Positions 1 to 10,029 of a stretch of DNA of 64,000 nucleotides are shown here, in pieces; positions within the stretch are counted from its first letter, which is position 1, and each line of letters begins with the position of its first letter. The DNA is from Pseudomonadota bacterium (GTDB lineage: Bacteria > Pseudomonadota > Gammaproteobacteria > Pseudomonadales > Moraxellaceae). The notes under the pieces were generated by a model. That model was not told the DNA's origin and did no database searches. It saw only the letters and a program-made list of their open reading frames with translations. The position numbers were made by a program, and so were the translations under genes. The DNA is taken from positions 60,554 through 124,553 of the forward strand of contig JAZKHU010000006.1 in the NCBI GenBank assembly GCA_040385225.1, written 5' to 3'.

Positions 1-1381
1 TGCCTGCCAGCGAGGTCTGGCAGTTCAACTTGAGCAACAGCCCGGCGAGTACCTGCTGAACCCATGGATTGTCTTCAACAATCAGGATGCGTGTGATGGC
101 TGGCGCAGAAGCAGGGGGTGACGTTGCGGATAGCGTGGCTGGTGAGTGTAGTGCCTGTCGTTTGCTGTCTGTTTCAGCACGTCTTTCCGGTTGTCCTTCT
201 GTGGGCTCCCGCTCCAGCAGGTGTAGCAAGACGGGCAAGGCCAGCAAATGCCAGAGCATCAGGATTTGATATGGCTCGGCTACGAAAGGGAGTATGCCGT
301 GCAAGCCGGCATCGCCGAACAGTTGGCTTGCCAATCCGATGATCATGGTGCCGACATACAGCTTTGCGCCCTTGAGACCTTCGCGCGCAGGTTTCCACAG
401 TGCAGCAATGATGGCGGCATAGCTGGACCAGCGCAGTACATCGGCGGCCAGCGACCATTGGTTCGGCAGCCAGGTGACAGCAGTCAGCATCCATAACAGA
501 TTAGCAAGGATCATGGCTGGCAAAAGCCGCTGCAGACAGTCAGCCGGGGCCTTCCGTTGTGCAAGAAATTGTCGGCACAGCAACATGTGCGCAATACAGA
601 GCATTCCAGCGCTCAGCTCAATCATGCCATTTAGCGAGCCGGGTACATCCAGCCACCAATAGCCGAGTACGCCGCGATCCAGCATGGCCTGAGCAATGAC
701 CATGAGAATGATGAAGACGTATGCCCAGCGTGCAGAAAGGCTTAGATGGGCACTGCGCAAGCCTGCCATGCCGATGATCATGCCGCCGAGCAAGCCCAGT
801 CCGGCTCCGAAAAGTCCGGCACTGTTCTGGAGTGCCTTGAAAAGGCCATTCTCGCTGCTGAGGCGTATGGCGGTTGCCAAAGGATAGGCAGACTGCACAT
901 GCAGGTAGACAGCAGAACTGCCTTCCGGGATATTCAGGCTGAAGCTGTAGCCTAGTCCCGTGGTATCGCCACGAGGTGATAGCTCGGCAGCACCAGCGTG
1001 TCGGATCAGCCAGGAGCCATTGCTCTGACGGGTAATGACTTCGATGTGATTCAGGTTTGCTCGGGCGAACTCAATGACTCGGCGTTGCTCCAGGCCATCA
1101 TTGCGGATCTTCAGCCGCAGCCAGATGCCGTGACGGAGATGACCCTGTGCCAGCACCGGCTGGTTGAGAGCTTGCCAGGGCCAGTCATCGACTTTTGTCA
1201 GCAGCTCCGCTGTGCTCAGGGTCGCCAGCCGCGGTGGCAGTGTGTCCAGCCAGGGGGCAATTTCGAGCCGGTTAGCGGCATTGTCGACCGCAAATGTCGG
1301 TGCGCTACGGGCGTGTGCCGTCAGGCCTGGCAGGGTCAGGCAGCAGAGTAGTGCAAAACGAGCGAGACAAGACATTTTCAT
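1..1381 (-). CDS. Partial sensor protein (gene starts at 1381 and runs off the left edge): signal peptide, 7TMR-DISM-like periplasmic domain, about 7 TM helices, then the start of a receiver-like domain
   Basis: Own reverse-complement translation from ATG (plus 1379-1381): MKMSCLARFALLCCLTLPGLTAHARSAP... The frame stays open about 460 codons to position 1, so it is absent from the ORF track (no stop in window). A long hydrophobic block (GLFGAGLGLLGGMIIGMAG ... YQILMLWHLLALPVLLHLL) is followed by ITRILIVEDNPWVQQVLAGLL, typical of the beginning of a CheY-like receiver. Confidence 0.6.
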   Translation of the reverse strand, partial: MKMSCLARFALLCCLTLPGLTAHARSAPTFAVDNAANRLEIAPWLDTLPPRLATLSTAELLTKVDDWPWQALNQPVLAQGHLRHGIWLRLKIRNDGLEQRRVIEFARANLNHIEVITRQSNGSWLIRHAGAAELSPRGDTTGLGYSFSLNIPEGSSAVYLHVQSAYPLATAIRLSSENGLFKALQNSAGLFGAGLGLLGGMIIGMAGLRSAHLSLSARWAYVFIILMVIAQAMLDRGVLGYWWLDVPGSLNGMIELSAGMLCIAHMLLCRQFLAQRKAPADCLQRLLPAMILANLLWMLTAVTWLPNQWSLAADVLRWSSYAAIIAALWKPAREGLKGAKLYVGTMIIGLASQLFGDAGLHGILPFVAEPYQILMLWHLLALPVLLHLLEREPTEGQPERRAETDSKRQALHSPATLSATSPPASAPAITRILIVEDNPWVQQVLAGLLLKLNCQTSLAG

Positions 1382-1438
1382 GCCGTCGAGCCTACACCAG
1401 GGTGGGCTCGACAGGCATGAAAATGGCAGATGGCATGA

Positions 1439-3703
1439 TCAACGACGACTGATGGCTTCAGCGACTGTCAGAGCCGTCATGTTGACGATGCGACGCACAG
1501 TCGCGCTTGGCGTTAGGATATGTACCGGCTTGTCGGCACCGAGCAGAATCGGGCCGATGGTGACGCCGTCGCCGCAGGCCGTCTTGAGCAGGTTGAAAGC
1601 GATGTTGGCGGCATCCACATTCGGCATGATCAGCAGATTCGCCGAGCCCTTCAGGCGCGAGTTCGGGAACAGGTTCAGGCGAATGCTCTCATCCAACGCG
1701 GCGTCACCGTGCATTTCGCCATCCACTTCCAGTTCCGGCGCCATGTCTTGCAGCAGCTGGAAAGTATCGCGCATCTTGCGCGCGCTTGGCGTGTTCTCGT
1801 TGCCGAAGTTGGAGTGCGAGAGCAGGGCAACCTTCGGGGTCAGACCGAAGTTGCGCACGGCCTCGGCGGCCTTCAGCGTGATATCGGCCAGTTCCTGCGC
1901 GGTCGGGTCCGGATTGACATAGGTATCGGCGATGAACAGCGTGCGATCCTGCAGCATGATCACGTTCATGGCGGCATAGCCACGGCAGTTGTCCTGCAGG
2001 CCGATGATGCGGTTGATGTAGCGCAGATGCAGATCGTAGTTGGCGAAAGTGCCGCAGATCATGCCGTCGACTTCACCGAACTTGGTCAGCAATGCGCCGA
2101 TCAATGTGGTGCGACGACGCACTTCGCGCTTGGCCAGCTCGATGCCGACACCCTTGCGCTCCATGATGCTGTGGTAGTGCTGCCAGTAGGTCGAGTAGCG
2201 GTGATCATCGTCCTGATTGACGACTTCCACATCAACACCGGGGCGAATGCGCAGACCCAGTTTCTGGATTTGCGAGTCGATCACCGCCGGACGGCCGATC
2301 AGTACCGGACGCGCCAGACCTTCATCGACAACAATCTGCACGGCGCGCAGCACGCGTTCGTCTTCGCCTTCGCAATAAGCGATCTTTTGCGGCTGCGCCT
2401 TGGCCTTGGCAAACACCGGCTTCATCAGGAAGGCGGAGTTGTAGACGAACTCGGAGAGTCTCTGGCGATAGGCATCAAAATCAGCGATGGGACGTGCAGC
2501 AATGCCGGAGTCCATTGCGGCCTTTGCCACGGCCGGCGCGATCGCCATGATCAGGCGTGGGTCGAGCGGGCCCGGAATCAGGTATTCGCGACCAAAACGG
2601 CGGGCTTCACCGCTATAGGCCGCCGAGTCCGACGACTCCACATGCGCCATCTGCGCGATGGCATGTACGCAAGCCACTTTCATGGCTTCGTTCACCGTGC
2701 TCGCGCCCGAGTCGAGCGCGCCACGGAAAATGTAGGGGAAGCACAGGGCGTTGTTGACCTGGTTCGGATAGTCCGAGCGGCCGGTGGCGATGATGGCATC
2801 CGCGCGCACGGCCTTGACCAGCTCCGGCAGGATTTCCGGCGTCGGGTTGGCCAGCGCGAAGATGATCGGGTCAGCATTCATCTGCTTGACCATGTCCTGG
2901 CTGACGATGCCGGCCGTGGACAGACCAATGAAGACATCGGCGCCGACAAACAGGTCTGCGAGGGTGCGTGCGCCGGTTTTCTGCGCATAACGCTGCTTGC
3001 TCTCGTCGAGGCCGCCGCGCTCGCTGTGGATCACGCCCTTGGAGTCGCTGACATAAATGTTCGAGCGAGTGGCACCCAGCGACACCAGCAGATCCAGGCA
3101 GGAAATCGCGGCAGCGCCGGCGCCGGAGCAGATGATCTTGATGTCTGCGATCTTCTTGTTGACCAGCAGCAATGCATTGAGCAGGCCGGCGCCGACGATG
3201 ATCGAAGTGCCGTGCTGGTCGTCATGGAAGACCGGAATCTTGCAGCGCTCGCGCAGCTTCTTCTCGATGTAGAAGCATTCCGGGGCCTTGATGTCTTCGA
3301 GGTTGATGCCGCCGAAAGTCGGTTCCAGCGAGGCGATGATATCGACCAGCTTGTCCGGATCGCGCTCATTGATCTCGATGTCGAACACATCGATGCCGGC
3401 GAACTTCTTGAACAGCACACCTTTGCCTTCCATCACCGGCTTCGAAGCCAGCGGGCCGATGTCGCCCAGACCGAGCACGGCCGTGCCGTTGGTGATGACC
3501 GCGACGAGGTTGCCGCGAGCGGTGTAGCGAGAAACCGTGGAGGGGTCACGGGCAATTTCTTCGCAAGGCGCAGCAACACCGGGCGAATAGGCCAACGCCA
3601 AATCGCGCTGGTTCACCAATTGCTTGCTGGGCGTTACATTGATTTTGCCGGGCTGCGGGAACTCGTGATAGTCCAAAGCCGCTTTGCGCAGTGCCTCATC
3701 CAT
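1439..3703 (-). CDS. maeB: NADP-dependent malic enzyme (malic enzyme plus phosphotransacetylase-like C-terminal half)
   Basis: ORF 1439..3799. [21 protein letters not shown]...AYSPGVA... and a length of about 750 aa match MaeB architecture. Start trimmed to ATG at 3703 (M33 of the ORF), where the conserved N-terminus begins. Confidence 0.9.
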   Translation of the reverse strand: MDEALRKAALDYHEFPQPGKINVTPSKQLVNQRDLALAYSPGVAAPCEEIARDPSTVSRYTARGNLVAVITNGTAVLGLGDIGPLASKPVMEGKGVLFKKFAGIDVFDIEINERDPDKLVDIIASLEPTFGGINLEDIKAPECFYIEKKLRERCKIPVFHDDQHGTSIIVGAGLLNALLLVNKKIADIKIICSGAGAAAISCLDLLVSLGATRSNIYVSDSKGVIHSERGGLDESKQRYAQKTGARTLADLFVGADVFIGLSTAGIVSQDMVKQMNADPIIFALANPTPEILPELVKAVRADAIIATGRSDYPNQVNNALCFPYIFRGALDSGASTVNEAMKVACVHAIAQMAHVESSDSAAYSGEARRFGREYLIPGPLDPRLIMAIAPAVAKAAMDSGIAARPIADFDAYRQRLSEFVYNSAFLMKPVFAKAKAQPQKIAYCEGEDERVLRAVQIVVDEGLARPVLIGRPAVIDSQIQKLGLRIRPGVDVEVVNQDDDHRYSTYWQHYHSIMERKGVGIELAKREVRRRTTLIGALLTKFGEVDGMICGTFANYDLHLRYINRIIGLQDNCRGYAAMNVIMLQDRTLFIADTYVNPDPTAQELADITLKAAEAVRNFGLTPKVALLSHSNFGNENTPSARKMRDTFQLLQDMAPELEVDGEMHGDAALDESIRLNLFPNSRLKGSANLLIMPNVDAANIAFNLLKTACGDGVTIGPILLGADKPVHILTPSATVRRIVNMTALTVAEAISRR

Positions 3704-3820
3704 TTCTTTTCTCGCTCGAACTGTTGCCAATACTGTTGTCGAAAATGACAAGCGCGGGAGTATAGCACCGGCCTCCCGCGAACGGCCTGCACAAAGCAAC
3801 GGCCGTGTGACTGCCGGGTT

Positions 3821-5107
3821 TTAGCGGTTCTGCTCGCGCGCCACGGCCCGGTAGCCGATATCGTTGCGATGATATTCGCCGGTCCAGCTCACCTTCGCGA
3901 CTTCGGCATAGGCGGCTGCCTGAGCCTCGGAGACCGTCGCGCCGAGGCCGGTGGCGCAGAGCACGCGACCGCCGCTGGTGATGACTTGGCCATCGAGCAA
4001 GGAGGTGCCGGCATGAAACACCTTCGCGCCGTCGGCTTCCTGACCAAGCCCGCCAATCACATCGCCCTTGCGGATATCGCCGGGATAGCCACCCGCCGCC
4101 ATCACCACACCGAGCGCCGCGCGCGGATCCCAGTCGGCCTCGATCTGATCCAGCTCACCGGCGATGCCAGCTTCCACCAGCGCCACCAGCGAACTGCGCA
4201 GGCGCATGATGACCGGCTGAGTTTCCGGGTCGCCAAAGCGGCAATTGAACTCGATGACCTTGGCCTTGCCGCTGTCATCGATCATCAGGCCGGCATACAA
4301 AAAGCCGGTGTAGGAATGACCTTCGCTGATCATGCCGTTCACGGTCGGCATGATGACTTCGCGCATCACGCGAGCGTGCACTTCCGGCGTCACCACCGGA
4401 GCGGGGGAGTAGGCACCCATGCCGCCGGTGTTGGGGCCGGTATCGGCGTCGCCGATGCGCTTGTGGTCCTGGCTGGTCGCCATCGCCAGCGCGTTCTTGC
4501 CATCCACCATCACGATGAACGAGGCTTCTTCGCCTTCAAGAAACTCTTCCACGACAACGCGCGCGCCGGCCGAACCAAACTTGTTGCCGGCCAACATATC
4601 GACGATGGCCTCTTCGGCTTCGGCCAGTGTCATCGCCACGATCACGCCTTTGCCGGCGGCCAGGCCATCGGCCTTGATCACGATCGGCGCGCCTTTCTCG
4701 CGCACATAGGCAAGGGCGGCATCCGTCTCGGTAAAGACCTGATAGAACGCAGTCGGAATGTTATGACGCGCCAGGAAGTCCTTGGCAAACGCCTTCGAGC
4801 CTTCGAGCTGGGCGGCGTGCTGGGTCGGCCCCCAAATTTTCAGGCCAGCGGCGCGGAAGGCGTTGACCACGCCATTGACCAGCGGTGCTTCCGGGCCGAC
4901 CACGGTGAGCGCGATGCCTTCAGACTGCGCGAAAGCGACCAGCGCGGCATTGTCGAGGATGTCCAGCGCCACATTGCGGCACTTGGCTTCGGTGGCTGAG
5001 CCGGCATTGCCGGGGGCGACGAAGACAGTTTCGACGCGAGGGTCTTGAGCCAGTTTCCAGGCCAGGGCGTGTTCGCGGCCACCGGAGCCGAGGAGCAGAA
5101 TCTTCAT
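3821..5107 (-). CDS. purD: Phosphoribosylamine--glycine ligase
   Basis: 428 aa. MKILLLGSGGREHALAWKLAQ... is the canonical PurD N-terminus, with an ATP-grasp body. Confidence 0.95.
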   Translation of the reverse strand: MKILLLGSGGREHALAWKLAQDPRVETVFVAPGNAGSATEAKCRNVALDILDNAALVAFAQSEGIALTVVGPEAPLVNGVVNAFRAAGLKIWGPTQHAAQLEGSKAFAKDFLARHNIPTAFYQVFTETDAALAYVREKGAPIVIKADGLAAGKGVIVAMTLAEAEEAIVDMLAGNKFGSAGARVVVEEFLEGEEASFIVMVDGKNALAMATSQDHKRIGDADTGPNTGGMGAYSPAPVVTPEVHARVMREVIMPTVNGMISEGHSYTGFLYAGLMIDDSGKAKVIEFNCRFGDPETQPVIMRLRSSLVALVEAGIAGELDQIEADWDPRAALGVVMAAGGYPGDIRKGDVIGGLGQEADGAKVFHAGTSLLDGQVITSGGRVLCATGLGATVSEAQAAAYAEVAKVSWTGEYHRNDIGYRAVAREQNR

Positions 5108-5142
5108 GTTCGAGGTCTCTTTGTCGTAATTTTAGGGCGGCT

Positions 5143-5249
5143 CTGCCGTGGCGAAACACAAGTTGGGGATCGCCGCGAGTACATCCCTGTAGGCTCTTGC
5201 GCGCCATTCATGGCGCGCAAAGTCCCCCACCTGTGTTTCGCCACGGCAG
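5143..5249. repeat. REP-like nested hairpin element, copy 1
   Basis: Outer arms ctgccgtggcgaaacaca (5143-) and tgtgtttcgccacggcag (-5249) are complementary. The core gtaggctcttgcgcgccattcatggcgcgcaa contains its own palindrome. Confidence 0.7.
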
Positions 5250-5361
5250 AACAGCTCTTCATTCCGCACCACCGTGCCATGTGGCCGGTGGCTCCCGCAT
5301 TCAATCCGTCACGGGGCTGACTCTAGAGCTACAGCACTGACTCATGCTTCAGTGCTGAGCG

Positions 5362-5466
5362 GTCAGGTGGAATTACACGGGCAGGGACGTCATGCGCCAT
5401 GGATGGCGCGCAAGAGCCTACATGGACGTACTTGCGGCGTTCCCAGCCCGTGTAATTCCACCTGAC
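5362..5466. repeat. REP-like nested hairpin element, copy 2 (inverted relative to copy 1)
   Basis: Outer arms gtcaggtggaattacacgggc (5362-5382) and gcccgtgtaattccacctgac (5446-5466) are a perfect 21-bp inverted repeat. The reverse complement of the core (gtaggctcttgcgcgccatccatggcgcatga) is nearly identical to the copy 1 core. Confidence 0.7.
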
Positions 5467-5485
5467 AGCGGAAGTACTATAAAGC

Positions 5486-7084
5486 TCAGTGGCGGAAGTG
5501 CCGCATGCCCGTGAACACCATGGCAATACCGGCCTCATCAGCAGCAGCAATCACCTCGGCATCCCGCATCGAGCCACCCGGCTGGATGATCGCGACAATG
5601 CCGGCCTTCGCCGCATTATCAATGCCATCGCGGAACGGGAAGAACGCATCCGATGCCATCACCGCGCCTTGCACGGCGAGGCCGGCATGCTCAGCCTTGA
5701 TACCGGCGATGCGCGCGGAGTTGACGCGGCTCATCTGGCCAGCACCGACGCCCACGGTCTGCCGATTCTTGGCATACACAATGGCATTCGACTTCACATA
5801 CTTGGCGACCTTCCAGGCGAAAATCAGGTCGTGAATCTCGGCTTCGGTCGGCGCGCGTTTGGTCACGATCTTGAGATCTGTGTCCTTGATCATGCCCAGA
5901 TCCTGGTCTTGCACGAGCAGGCCGCCGGTGACGCGTTTGAAGTCCCACTGCGAGCTGCGGGCGTTGATATCCGGCAGAGCACCACAGGTCAGCACGCGCA
6001 CATTCTGCTTGGCAGCTGTCACGGCCAGTGCTTCCGCCGTCACGCTCGGGGCGATGATGACTTCAACGAACTGACGGTCGACGATGGCCTGGGCGGTGGC
6101 AGCATCGAGCTCGCGGTTGAAGGCGATGATGCCGCCGAACGCCGATTCGGGGTCGGTGGCGTAGGCCAGGTCATAGGCTTTGCGGATGCCGCCTTCGGCA
6201 TCGAGCACCACGGACACGCCGCAGGGATTGGCATGCTTGACGATGACGCAGGCTGGCTTGGCAAAGCTCTTCACGCATTCCAGCGCGGCGTCGGTATCGG
6301 CGATGTTGTTGTACGACAGCTCTTTGCCCTGCAACTGCGTCGATGTTGCCACCGAGGCTTCGCGCGGATTGGCTTCGGTGTAGAACGCGGCGCGCTGGTG
6401 CGGGTTCTCGCCGTAGCGCAGTTCCTGGGCTTTGAAGAATTGGGTGTTGAAGGTGCGCGGGAAGGTATCGCGAGCGGCCAGATCACCCTTTTTGGCACCA
6501 ACGAGTCCGCCAAGATAGTTGGCGATCATGCCGTCGTAGCCGGCGGTGTGCTCGAAGGCTTTCACGGCCAGATCGAAACGGGTCTCATACGAGAGCCCGC
6601 CGCTTGCCTTCACTTCGGCCAGCACGCGGCCGTAGTCATCGGCGCTGACCACGATGCCAACATGGGCGTGGTTCTTGGCCGCCGAGCGCACCATGGTGGG
6701 GCCGCCGATGTCGATGTTCTCGATGGCGTCCGGCAGCGTGCAGTCGGCATTGGCAACAGTGGCGGCGAAAGGGTAGAGGTTGACCACCACCAGATCGATG
6801 CCGCCGATGTCGTGCTCGGCCATGACCGCGTCATCCTGGCCGCGCCGGCCGAGAATGCCGCCATGAATCTTCGGATGCAGCGTCTTCACGCGGCCATCCA
6901 TCATTTCCGGGAAGCCGGTGTAGTCGGAGACTTCGGTCACCGCCACGCCTTCAGTCTGCAGCAGCTTGAAGGTGCCGCCGGTAGACAGCAAATGCACGCC
7001 GCTGGCGGCCAGCTCGCGGGCGAAGGCAACAATGCCGGTCTTGTCGGAAACGCTGATGAGGGCGCGCTGCACGCGTTGGGTCAT
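5486..7084 (-). CDS. purH: Bifunctional AICAR transformylase / IMP cyclohydrolase
   Basis: ORF 5486..7105. [26 protein letters not shown]... matches the PurH N-terminus. ATG at 7084 is preferred over the upstream TTG at 7105, and either is possible. Confidence 0.93.
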   Translation of the reverse strand: MTQRVQRALISVSDKTGIVAFARELAASGVHLLSTGGTFKLLQTEGVAVTEVSDYTGFPEMMDGRVKTLHPKIHGGILGRRGQDDAVMAEHDIGGIDLVVVNLYPFAATVANADCTLPDAIENIDIGGPTMVRSAAKNHAHVGIVVSADDYGRVLAEVKASGGLSYETRFDLAVKAFEHTAGYDGMIANYLGGLVGAKKGDLAARDTFPRTFNTQFFKAQELRYGENPHQRAAFYTEANPREASVATSTQLQGKELSYNNIADTDAALECVKSFAKPACVIVKHANPCGVSVVLDAEGGIRKAYDLAYATDPESAFGGIIAFNRELDAATAQAIVDRQFVEVIIAPSVTAEALAVTAAKQNVRVLTCGALPDINARSSQWDFKRVTGGLLVQDQDLGMIKDTDLKIVTKRAPTEAEIHDLIFAWKVAKYVKSNAIVYAKNRQTVGVGAGQMSRVNSARIAGIKAEHAGLAVQGAVMASDAFFPFRDGIDNAAKAGIVAIIQPGGSMRDAEVIAAADEAGIAMVFTGMRHFRH

Positions 7085-7119
7085 GGCGGGGCTCGGGCTG
7101 TTCAAAAGGGAAGGAGTGC

Positions 7120-7401
7120 TTAGTTCATCAAACCGTGTTGCTTGAGCTTCTTGCGCAGCGTGCCACGGTTCAGGCCGAGGATTTCGGAGGCGCGGGTCTG
7201 GTTGCCACGGGTGTATTCCAGCACGACTTCCAGCAGCGGGGTTTCCACTTCAGCGAGAACCATCTCGTAGACTTCGCTGGCGCGTTCGCCATCCAGATGC
7301 GCGAAATAGTTGCGCATGGCCAGCTCGACATGGTCGCGCAGGCTCTGGTTCGGGCGGGTGCTGGTGCTGGTCAGCGGTTTCTTCATGACGGACATGTCCA
7401 T
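7120..7401 (-). CDS. fis: DNA-binding protein Fis
   Basis: C-terminal ...[32 protein letters not shown] is the Fis helix-turn-helix. It follows dusB as in the classic dusB-fis operon. Start set to ATG 7401 (26 nt after the dusB stop, GAGAG upstream), because the longest ORF start at 7449 would overlap dusB. Confidence 0.85.
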   Translation of the reverse strand: MDMSVMKKPLTSTSTRPNQSLRDHVELAMRNYFAHLDGERASEVYEMVLAEVETPLLEVVLEYTRGNQTRASEILGLNRGTLRKKLKQHGLMN

Positions 7402-7427
7402 GGGGCGGTGCTCTCGTGTCAGGGGCA

Positions 7428-8438
7428 TTAAGCGGCGGCATCCGGCCACCGGCTGTCAGCTCGGCGCAAAAAATACTCACTCACCAGCCGAATCTGCTGG
7501 TCAGCATTAATCAGGGTGTTGAACTGCCGGCTGAGCGCTTGGCCCTCCGGCAGAAAGTCGGCATACCAGCCCAGGTGCTTGCGCGAGAAACGCACGCCGA
7601 GATCCGGGCCGTAGAACGCGTGCAAGCTGCCGAGATGGCGCAAGACGATATCGCGCTGTTCCGCCAGGTTGGGGGGCGGTAGCAGGTCGCGTGTTCGAAG
7701 GTAATGTTGGATCTCGCGAAAGAGCCACGGACGTCCGTGAGCTCCCCGGCCGACCATAATACCATCGCAACCGGTGTGCTCAAAGACTCGCCGGGCTTTT
7801 TCCGGTGAAGTTATGTCGCCGTTGGCCAGTACCGGAATGCTCACAGCCTGTTTTATGGCGGCGATGGTGTCGTATTCGGCATCGCCCATGTATTTGTCAG
7901 CGCGGGTACGGCCATGCACTGACAGCATGGCGATGCCTGCCTCCTCAGCGATTTTCGCGATGGTCACGCCATTGCGATTGTCGTGATTCCAGCCGGTACG
8001 GATCTTCAGCGTCACCGGAACATCCACGGCTGCGACGACGGCGGCGAGAATGCTCGCGACCAAGGGTTCGTCCTGCATCAGCGCCGAGCCGGCGAGCCGG
8101 TTGCAGACTTTTTTCGCCGGACAGCCCATGTTGATGTCGATGATCTGGGCTCCGCGCTCGACATTCTGGCGCGCGGCATCGGCCAGCATCTCGGGGTCAT
8201 AGCCGACGATCTGCACGGTGATCGGGCCAGGTTCGCCGCAGTGATCCATGCGAAATTTCGATTTGCTGGTGTTCCACAGGCGTGACTCCGACGACACCAT
8301 TTCCGATACCACATGGCCGGCACCCAGTTCGCGGCAGAGCTGGCGGAAGGGGCGGTCGGTGACTCCGGCCATTGGTGCCAGCGCCAGCGGCACATCAATG
8401 ATGTGCGTGCCGATGTGCAGTGGTTTGAGCCAGCTCAT
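7428..8438 (-). CDS. dusB: tRNA-dihydrouridine synthase B
   Basis: 336 aa. ...[22 protein letters not shown]... matches the Dus family FMN-binding N-terminus. Position upstream of fis supports the call. Confidence 0.9.
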   Translation of the reverse strand: MSWLKPLHIGTHIIDVPLALAPMAGVTDRPFRQLCRELGAGHVVSEMVSSESRLWNTSKSKFRMDHCGEPGPITVQIVGYDPEMLADAARQNVERGAQIIDINMGCPAKKVCNRLAGSALMQDEPLVASILAAVVAAVDVPVTLKIRTGWNHDNRNGVTIAKIAEEAGIAMLSVHGRTRADKYMGDAEYDTIAAIKQAVSIPVLANGDITSPEKARRVFEHTGCDGIMVGRGAHGRPWLFREIQHYLRTRDLLPPPNLAEQRDIVLRHLGSLHAFYGPDLGVRFSRKHLGWYADFLPEGQALSRQFNTLINADQQIRLVSEYFLRRADSRWPDAAA

Positions 8439-9016
8439 GGCAGCGGACTCAGCTCGACGGCGGCATACGCCGGCCAGGTGCCGTTGTCGCGCGCCAGCAG
8501 CTGGATCGGCAGGCTGATGCGCAGCGGCTGATCGCTGGCGGCCAGCGTGGACAGTTTCGGTGTCGCAGCAGGTAAGTAGTCGCGTGGCCGCAGGTCCAGC
8601 GCTGTCAGGCCTACGCCATTGGCATCGCGCAGGCTGAGCCTCAGAGCTGGCCAGGGCTGCAGGATGTCGGCACGATTGATCAGGCGGGCATCGAGCCGAT
8701 AACGATGCGGATCGCTGTCACTGACGCGCCAGCCCAGGTCGGTGATCTGCCAGGCATCATCCACACGTGGCCGCACCAGCTCGTAGTGCGTGCGTGCCAG
8801 CAGCGGATTGAGCAGATTGCGCACGGCGCCTTGCTGCAGCCAGTAAGCCTGCGACAACCAGAGGCTCTCGATGACAACCACCAAGGCGCCAAGCCCTGCC
8901 AGCAACAGCCATAGTCGCTGACGCTTCGGCGGCTGCGCGCGCTCGAGCTGCACCGGCAGAGCCAGAGCGTCGAGTGCGAGCGGTTGCCGGTCAGTGGCTG
9001 GGCGATGGTCTGTCAT
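8435..9016 (-). CDS. DUF3426-like membrane-anchored protein (no N-terminal zinc ribbon visible)
   Basis: Occupies the prmA-dusB slot that holds a zinc-ribbon/DUF3426 protein in many gammaproteobacteria. It has one TM helix (LWLLLAGLGALVVVI) followed by a beta-rich domain. Start set to ATG 9016, since the longer ORF overlaps prmA. ATGA overlap with the dusB start. Confidence 0.55.
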   Translation of the reverse strand: MTDHRPATDRQPLALDALALPVQLERAQPPKRQRLWLLLAGLGALVVVIESLWLSQAYWLQQGAVRNLLNPLLARTHYELVRPRVDDAWQITDLGWRVSDSDPHRYRLDARLINRADILQPWPALRLSLRDANGVGLTALDLRPRDYLPAATPKLSTLAASDQPLRISLPIQLLARDNGTWPAYAAVELSPLP

Positions 9017-9026
9017 GGTGTCTGTG

Positions 9027-9926
9027 TCAGGCCTGGCGCTTGTGGCCGGACAGTCGGCACCAGTCTTCATCCTTGATGCCCAGTCCGTCCATGTCGCACC
9101 ACTGGCCGTAGATTTCGCGCAGCTCATCGACTTGCGAGGTGATGATGCCGGACAGGGCAATGTCGCCGCCGGGCTTGAGGAAGCTGGTCAGCGTCGGTGC
9201 CAGCATGCCCAGCGGGCCGGCGAGGATGTTGGCGACGACGACATCAGCGCCTTCGCCGTTGTTGAAATCAGCCGGCATGTCTTCCGGCATAAACACACGC
9301 ACGCGATCGGCCACGCCATTGCGCTCGGCGTTGTCGCGGGTGGCGGTCAGCGCCTGCGGGTCGAGGTCAACACACCAGGCTTCGCGAGCGCCCAGCAGCA
9401 GCGCCGCGACCGCGAGAATGCCGGAGCCGCAGCCGTAATCCACTACAACTTTGCCTTCTAGGTCGAGGCCGTCCAGCCACTCCATGCACAGCGCGGTGGT
9501 TTGGTGCGTACCGGTGCCGAAGGCCAGGCCCGGATCGAGCAGCAGATTGATGGCGTCGGGCTGGGGCGGTGGCGTCCAGCTCGGCACCACCCAGAGGCGG
9601 TCGCCGAAGCGCATGGGATGGTAGTTGTCCATCCACGCGCGCTCCCAATCCTTGTCTTCCAACACTTCAATGCGATGTGGCGGCAGGGTGTGACCGAGCT
9701 GGCCTTCGAGAAAGTCGACGACGGCGTCCATCTCCGAGTCCACCACGAACAGGCCGACCACGGTGGTGGCGTCCCAGAGCGGCTGTGCGCCGGGCGGCGG
9801 CTCCAGCAGAGGCTGATCGCCGGTGTCTTCCATGAGCACGGCGGCAGCGCCGGCGGTCTCCAGCAGGTCTTCAAAGCGGGGCGCGTCGGCCTTGCGGGTC
9901 TCGATCTTGATTTGCAGCCAGGACAT
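9027..9926 (-). CDS. prmA: Ribosomal protein L11 methyltransferase
   Basis: 299 aa. MSWLQIKIETRK... plus the SAM motif VVDYGCGSGILA. Located downstream of accBC as usual. Confidence 0.9.
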   Translation of the reverse strand: MSWLQIKIETRKADAPRFEDLLETAGAAAVLMEDTGDQPLLEPPPGAQPLWDATTVVGLFVVDSEMDAVVDFLEGQLGHTLPPHRIEVLEDKDWERAWMDNYHPMRFGDRLWVVPSWTPPPQPDAINLLLDPGLAFGTGTHQTTALCMEWLDGLDLEGKVVVDYGCGSGILAVAALLLGAREAWCVDLDPQALTATRDNAERNGVADRVRVFMPEDMPADFNNGEGADVVVANILAGPLGMLAPTLTSFLKPGGDIALSGIITSQVDELREIYGQWCDMDGLGIKDEDWCRLSGHKRQA

Positions 9927-9970
9927 GACGGCCTCCGAAAAAACTGGACGCGCAGTGTAGTCGTCTTGCT

Positions 9971-10006
9971 GGTGATTTTGTAGCCAGTCGGGGCGACAAA
10001 ATCACC
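9971..10006. other. Perfect 11-bp stem / 14-nt loop hairpin between accC and prmA (no U-tract)
   Basis: ggtgattttgt (9971-9981) pairs with acaaaatcacc (9996-10006). Confidence 0.5.
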
Positions 10007-10029
10007 CCGCTGGCGTCAAAACCGGTTGC

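Noticed and set aside
69-1922. Several 60-250-aa plus-strand ORFs (69..269, 248..496, 998..1351, 1164..1922) and minus ORF 174..494 at the left end
   Set aside because: All lie inside or antisense to the open-ended minus-strand sensor gene (1..1381) or maeB, which explain the region better.
1520-3748. 742-aa plus-strand ORF antisense to maeB
   Set aside because: This is a shadow frame of a GC-rich gene. The translation is low-complexity (Arg/Ala/Gly/His/Asp-rich) with no recognisable motif, while the opposite strand encodes an unmistakable malic enzyme.
5489-7123. 544-aa plus-strand ORF antisense to purH
   Set aside because: Same GC-driven antisense artefact. The minus strand encodes a canonical PurH.
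7402-7449. N-terminal extensions of the longest ORFs: fis to 7449, maeB to 3799, DUF3426 to 9160, ispB to 26793, ileS to 40587, bamD to 54564, pgeF to 55205, pilW-like to 45792
   Set aside because: The extensions overlap the upstream gene or lack family-like sequence. Internal starts coincide with conserved N-termini, RBS-like sequences or ATGA coupling.
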